From IMG/VR virus record IMGVR_UViG_2667527789_000020, positions 1-19,197 of that record: 19,197 nucleotides of DNA; one strand, written 5' to 3'. The stretch's first letter is position 1. The number at the start of each line of letters is the position of its first letter. The DNA is from a virus (Duplodnaviria; Heunggongvirae; Uroviricota; Caudoviricetes). The notes beneath the pieces are model-generated. The model saw only the letters and a program-made list of their open reading frames with translations. It was not told the origin of the DNA and did not search any database. Made by a program: the position numbers and the translations under genes. Shown piece by piece: positions 15,325-19,197 of this stretch.

Positions 15325-15597
15325 ATGGCGCACAATACCAAACACCACAATTCTGATACCGACCCTGCCAGCAGGTACGGGCGGCGTTCTCACACATTCA
15401 AATCTGACTGGTTCCAGCATGACCCATGCACTGAAGAACAGGCCGAATGGCTGATCCAGTGTTACCGCAGGCGCGGATATGAGTTTGAGAAAGCCCTCAG
15501 CCTCGATTATCGTCACTGGATAATCTCTGTCAGGCTCCCTTATTCCGAACGCCCACCTCGTCCGTCCCGCACATTCCAGCAGCGCATCTGGAGGTAA
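15325..15597 (+). CDS. Hypothetical protein, translationally coupled to the DUF968 gene
   Basis: Stop at 15595-15597 lies 1 bp before the DUF968 ATG. The six-frame ORF starts at 15244 inside the terminator, so the internal ATG at 15325 (MAHNTKHH...) is preferred. RBS is weak and no domain is recognised. Confidence 0.4.
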   Translation: MAHNTKHHNSDTDPASRYGRRSHTFKSDWFQHDPCTEEQAEWLIQCYRRRGYEFEKALSLDYRHWIISVRLPYSERPPRPSRTFQQRIWR

Positions 15598-15598
15598 C

Positions 15599-16657
15599 AT
15601 GCGGGTATTACTTCGACCTGTTCTGGTACCGGAACTCGGGATGGTGGTCCTTAAGCCGGGTCGTGAATCAATGTCAGCATTCCATAACGGCAGAATATTG
15701 GTGGAGCCGGAACCGAAAAACATGCGCGGTCTGCCGTCCGGAGTCGTTCCCGCCGTTCGACAGCCGCTGGCAGAGGATAAAACATTACTGCCATTTTTCA
15801 GCAACGAACGGGTGATTCGTGCTGCGGGTGGCGCTGGTGCACTGTCTGACTGGTTATTACGTCACGTGAAATCCTGCCAGTGGCCACACGGCGATTATCA
15901 TCACAGCGAAACCGTTATTCACCGTTACGGTGCTGGCGCAATGGTGTTGTGCTGGCACTGTGACAACCAGCTGCGCGACCAGACATCAGAATCACTCGAT
16001 CAACTTGCTCAGCAGAATCTGGTTGCCTGGATGATTGACGTCATCCGTCATGCAATAAGCGGTACGCAGGAGAGGGAGTTATCGCTGGCCGAATTATCCT
16101 GGTGGGCGGCCTGCAATCAGGTGGTGGATGCACTACCTGAGGCAGTAGCGCGTCGTTCGCTGGGATTACCGGTGGAAAAAATCCGCTCCGTATACCGTGA
16201 GAGTGACATCGTACCGGGAGAACAGACAGCCATCAGCATACTGAAGCAGCGCACAAAAAATATTGCGCTGCCACTTCACGTCCACCAGCAACAGCCCCCA
16301 CCCCAGGAAAAGACGTTAGTAAGCATCGCCGTTGATCCGGAGTCTCCGGCTCAGTACCTCCAGCGCCAGAAACCACAACGGGAAGAGATGCCTGTATACA
16401 CGCGCTGGGTAAAAACGCAGAAATGCATGACGTGTGGCAATCAGGCAGATGATCCGCATCACATCATTGGTCATGGACTGGGAGGCATGGGAACAAAGGC
16501 TGACGATTTGTTTGTTATTCCGTTATGCCGTAAATGCCATAACGAACTACATGCCGGAGTAAAAGATTTTGAAGAGAAACACGGCAGTCAGCTGTTGTTG
16601 CTGATTCGTTTTTTAATGCACGCGAGAAATTCGGGTGTTCTGAAGTGGAAAGCATAA
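15599..16657 (+). CDS. DUF968-domain protein (YdfU-like) with C-terminal HNH-like Cys/His motif, 352 aa
   Basis: ATG preceded by GGAGG. C-terminus CMTCGNQADDPHHIIGHGLGG...LCRKCHNELH is an HNH/zinc-finger-like CxxC...HH...CxxH arrangement. Sits immediately upstream of rusA, as ydfU-like genes do in lambdoid prophages. Confidence 0.8.
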   Translation: MRVLLRPVLVPELGMVVLKPGRESMSAFHNGRILVEPEPKNMRGLPSGVVPAVRQPLAEDKTLLPFFSNERVIRAAGGAGALSDWLLRHVKSCQWPHGDYHHSETVIHRYGAGAMVLCWHCDNQLRDQTSESLDQLAQQNLVAWMIDVIRHAISGTQERELSLAELSWWAACNQVVDALPEAVARRSLGLPVEKIRSVYRESDIVPGEQTAISILKQRTKNIALPLHVHQQQPPPQEKTLVSIAVDPESPAQYLQRQKPQREEMPVYTRWVKTQKCMTCGNQADDPHHIIGHGLGGMGTKADDLFVIPLCRKCHNELHAGVKDFEEKHGSQLLLLIRFLMHARNSGVLKWKA

Positions 16658-17026
16658 ATGACCGAGCGCATAGAATTTGTTTTGCCTTACCCGCCGACGG
16701 TGAACACTTACTGGCGACGCCGTGGCAGCACATATTTTGTATCAAAATCCGGGGAGCGTTATCGCCGGGCAGTGGCACTTATTGTTCGCCAGCAGCAGTT
16801 GAAATTAAGCCTGTCCGGACGGCTGGCAATAAAAATTATTGCAGAACCACCGGATAAGCGCCGCCGTGACCTGGACAATATTCTGAAAGCACCGCTGGAT
16901 GCGCTGACGCACGCGGGGTTGTTAATGGACGATGAACAGTTTGATGAAATCAATATTGTACGTGGTCAGCCAGTATCTGGTGGACGGCTGGAAATAAGAA
17001 TTACAGAGGTGGGTGTGCATGAATAA
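16658..17026 (+). CDS. rusA: Holliday junction resolvase RusA (crossover junction endodeoxyribonuclease), 122 aa
   Basis: LPYPPTVNTYWRRRG...DKRRRDLDNILKAPLDALTHAGLLMDDEQ...GGRLEIRITEVG matches E. coli RusA (LPWPPSNNRYYR...[22 protein letters not shown]...GGRLELTITEMG), including the catalytic Asp cluster. Confidence 0.9.
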   Translation: MTERIEFVLPYPPTVNTYWRRRGSTYFVSKSGERYRRAVALIVRQQQLKLSLSGRLAIKIIAEPPDKRRRDLDNILKAPLDALTHAGLLMDDEQFDEINIVRGQPVSGGRLEIRITEVGVHE

Positions 17027-17708
17027 CCAGTATTTACAGTTTGTTCGTGAGCAACTCATGATTGCCACTGCAGATCTCAGTGGGTCGACAAAAGGCCAGC
17101 TGGAAGCCTGGCAGGAAAATGCCCTGTTCGATACAGGGCGTTACAGACGCAAAAAAATTCGTTACCGCGATGAGGTAACCGGAAAAATGATCACGCGGGA
17201 TAATCCCCCGATCCAGGGTAAACAATCACTGGCGAAAGGCTCATCAATTGCGCTGGTCAGTCCTGTTGAGTTTGCAACATCATCGTGGCGGCGTGCCCTT
17301 CTGGAACTGGAAGAACATCAGAAGGCGTGGTTGTTGTGGTGTTATGGCGGAAACATTTGCTGGGAGCATCAGATCGCGATAACGCAGTGGGTGTGGAGTG
17401 AATTTAAAACTCAGTCCGGCTCCAGAAAAATTGCAGTGAAAACGCTGGAGCGTGTGAAGAAGTTGATCTGGCTGGCGGCACAGGATGTCAGAGGATGGGT
17501 TACCGGGTGTGAGGTCTACCAGAGACAGGAGCTTGCCAGACTGTGTGGAGTTAAGCCTGATAACTGGAGCCATAATTATGCGAACTACTGGCGTGAGATG
17601 TGCGATATTTTTAAGCGTCTCGATAGAGAATCCTTGATTTGCTCCGTGAAAATAAGAGCGCAACAAAAAGCGACCTTTTCACGACGAGATATTGCAAAAG
17701 TCAATTAA
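17019..17708 (+). CDS. Putative late-gene antitermination protein Q (Qin/QuuQ-like), 229 aa
   Basis: ATG at 17019 overlaps the rusA stop (the six-frame ORF starts at GTG 17013). Position immediately after rusA and immediately upstream of a strong terminator is the canonical Q location. Family assignment is by position and size, not by recognised motifs. Confidence 0.55.
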   Translation: MNNQYLQFVREQLMIATADLSGSTKGQLEAWQENALFDTGRYRRKKIRYRDEVTGKMITRDNPPIQGKQSLAKGSSIALVSPVEFATSSWRRALLELEEHQKAWLLWCYGGNICWEHQIAITQWVWSEFKTQSGSRKIAVKTLERVKKLIWLAAQDVRGWVTGCEVYQRQELARLCGVKPDNWSHNYANYWREMCDIFKRLDRESLICSVKIRAQQKATFSRRDIAKVN

Positions 17709-17770
17709 ATCGCGTATGTTTCGTATAAATCTGATATTTTGCCGATTTTGTACACGATGGCAAAGTAAGA

Positions 17771-17797
17771 AAAAACCACCGCCAGGTGGTTTTTTTA
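17771..17797 (+). terminator. Rho-independent terminator (tR'-like) downstream of the putative Q gene
   Basis: AAAAA-ACCACC-gcca-GGTGGT-TTTTTTT: a 7-bp stem flanked by an A-run and a T7 run, 63 bp after the Q stop. Confidence 0.7.
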
Positions 17798-17919
17798 TGT
17801 CCGAAAATCTCGTCAGTACAGTAAACGCGCTGGTGGCGGTGAATACCGGTCTTTCAGCTTGCTGGCTTTTTTGACAAGAGTTATTGGTGTGTCACGTTAA
17901 CCGGAAAAGGGAAAAAGAC

Positions 17920-18117
17920 ATGCTGAAACAGCAGGATATGACCGAAACCGCCAGAGTGGTGTTTAATGAATTAAGCGTCACTGAACCGGCGACAGTCGGG
18001 GAGATTGCGCAGAATACTTATCTTTCACGTGAACGCTGCCAGTTAATACTGACCCAGCTTGTTATGGCGGGTCTGGCAGACTATCAGTTCGGTTGTTACA
18101 GACGCCTTCAGTCCTGA
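17920..18117 (+). CDS. Small putative winged-helix DNA-binding protein (65 aa)
   Basis: ATG at 17920 preceded by AAGGGAAAAAG; the six-frame ORF starts upstream at 17884. EPATVGEIAQNTYLSRERCQLILTQLVMAGL looks like a wHTH. Stop codon is embedded in a terminator. Confidence 0.45.
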   Translation: MLKQQDMTETARVVFNELSVTEPATVGEIAQNTYLSRERCQLILTQLVMAGLADYQFGCYRRLQS

Positions 18118-18127
18118 AGGCTTTTTT
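18104..18127 (+). terminator. Rho-independent terminator
   Basis: GCCTTCA-gtcc-TGAAGGC stem followed by TTTTTT. Overlaps the stop codon of the preceding small ORF. Confidence 0.65.
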
Positions 18128-18267
18128 ATTTGTGGTAAATGGGCGGCTGGTGGGTGTTAGGGGCACTCACCAGCCATCTGCTCATGCGTCCGGATCACAA
18201 GCAAACCTCAGGCCCACTGCTTTGCGCAAAAGCAGAATGAGCCTATCAGAGACAGGCTTAATGATCC

Positions 18268-19197
18268 ATGCTTAATACTGTAAAAATATCCAGTTGTGAG
18301 TTAATCAACGCCGACTGCCTGGAATTTATCCGGTCGTTACCCGAAAATTCTGTTGACCTGATAGTCACGGACCCGCCGTACTTTAAAGTGAAGCCTGAGG
18401 GCTGGGATAACCAGTGGAAGGGCGACGATGATTACCTGAAGTGGCTGGACCAGTGTCTTGCGCAGTTCTGGCGGGTGCTGAAACCTGCCGGAAGTCTTTA
18501 CCTGTTCTGTGGCCATCGCCTGGCATCTGATATCGAAATCATGATGCGTGAACGCTTCAGTGTGCTGAACCATATTATCTGGGCGAAGCCGTCCGGACGC
18601 TGGAACGGGTGCAACAAGGAAAGCCTGCGGGCGTATTTCCCCGCCACAGAGCGCATTCTGTTCGCGGAACATTATCAGGGGCCGTATCGTCCGAAAGATG
18701 CCGGGTATGAGGCGAAGGGCAGGGCACTGAAACAGCATGTGATGGCTCCGCTGATTGCTTACTTTCGTGATGCGCGTGCTGCCCTGGGGATAACGGCAAA
18801 ACAGATTGTGGATGCCACAGGAAAGAAAAACATGGTGTCGCACTGGTTCAGTGCCGGTCAGTGGCAGCTACCGAACGAAAGCGATTATCTGAAATTACAG
18901 GCGCTGTTTGCCCGGGTGGCAGAAGAGAAGCATCAGCGCGGTGAACTGGAAAAGCCCCACCACCAGCTGCTGGAGACGTATACTTCACTGAACCGGCAGT
19001 ATGCGGAACTGCAGAGTGAATATAAGCATCTGCGGCGGTATTTTGGCGTGACGGCGCAGGTGCCGTACACGGATGTGTGGACGCATAAACCGGTGCAGTA
19101 CTATCCCGGGAAACATCCGTGCGAAAAACCGGCAGAAATGCTGCAGCAGATAATCAGCGCGAGCAGTCGTCCGGGGGACCTGGTTGCAGATTTTTTC
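18268..19197 (+). CDS. DNA methyltransferase, beta class (N6-adenine or N4-cytosine), 3' end truncated by the window
   Basis: Open frame from ATG 18268 to the window end with no stop (so absent from the ORF track). DPPY motif (LIVTDPPYF) near the N-terminus and an AdoMet-binding-type motif beginning PGDLVADFF at the window edge; motif IV before motif I indicates the beta-class order. Confidence 0.85.
   Translation, partial: MLNTVKISSCELINADCLEFIRSLPENSVDLIVTDPPYFKVKPEGWDNQWKGDDDYLKWLDQCLAQFWRVLKPAGSLYLFCGHRLASDIEIMMRERFSVLNHIIWAKPSGRWNGCNKESLRAYFPATERILFAEHYQGPYRPKDAGYEAKGRALKQHVMAPLIAYFRDARAALGITAKQIVDATGKKNMVSHWFSAGQWQLPNESDYLKLQALFARVAEEKHQRGELEKPHHQLLETYTSLNRQYAELQSEYKHLRRYFGVTAQVPYTDVWTHKPVQYYPGKHPCEKPAEMLQQIISASSRPGDLVADFF

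Noticed and set aside
15211-15804. 197-aa minus-strand ORF
   Set aside because: Antisense to the start of the DUF968 gene and the upstream coupled ORF; R/G/P/S-rich composition typical of a spurious antisense frame; no RBS.
17797-17874. Short hydrophobic ORF (MSENLVSTVNALVAVNTGLSACWLF) starting inside the terminator T-run
   Set aside because: No RBS and the start codon is embedded in the terminator; more likely noncoding leader sequence.
18337-18843. 168-aa minus-strand ORF
   Set aside because: Antisense to the plus-strand methyltransferase frame, which carries DPPY and AdoMet-binding-type motifs.
1-19197. Search for CRISPR arrays, tRNA genes, transposases/IS elements and the att site
   Set aside because: No regularly spaced direct repeats, no tRNA-like GTTCGAATC T-loop consensus in intergenic regions, no transposase-like ORF; the window begins at the integrase stop codon, so attL/attR lie outside it.

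Overview
This window is the left arm and early/regulatory region of a lambdoid prophage of the Qin/Rac (DicA-immunity) type from an E. coli-like enterobacterium, ending at the start of the late region. Order, left to right: integrase (minus strand, stop codon at bases 1-3, so the att site lies outside the window), excisionase-like ORF, a large exonuclease, a small membrane ORF, a DicB homolog, a Rha-family regulator, a coding-poor stretch carrying a DicF-like sRNA candidate, a YdfA-like small gene, a higB/higA toxin-antitoxin pair, a DicA-like repressor divergent from ydaS/ydaT-like genes, replication genes (DUF1376/DnaT-like initiator and a lambda-P-like loader), a run of tightly coupled small accessory genes (DUF4406, Ea22-like, DUF551), a Type II restriction-modification cassette, then DUF968, rusA, a putative Q antiterminator, terminators, and a 3'-truncated beta-class DNA methyltransferase. 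The most notable observations are the R-M cassette, whose Cfr10I/NgoMIV-type endonuclease is split across two frames at an A7/T6 homopolymer tract; the higBA module sitting inside the immunity region; and the DicB plus DicF-like cell-division-inhibition module. No CRISPR array, tRNA or transposase was seen. All calls are from reading the sequence and from remembered family features; no searches were run.
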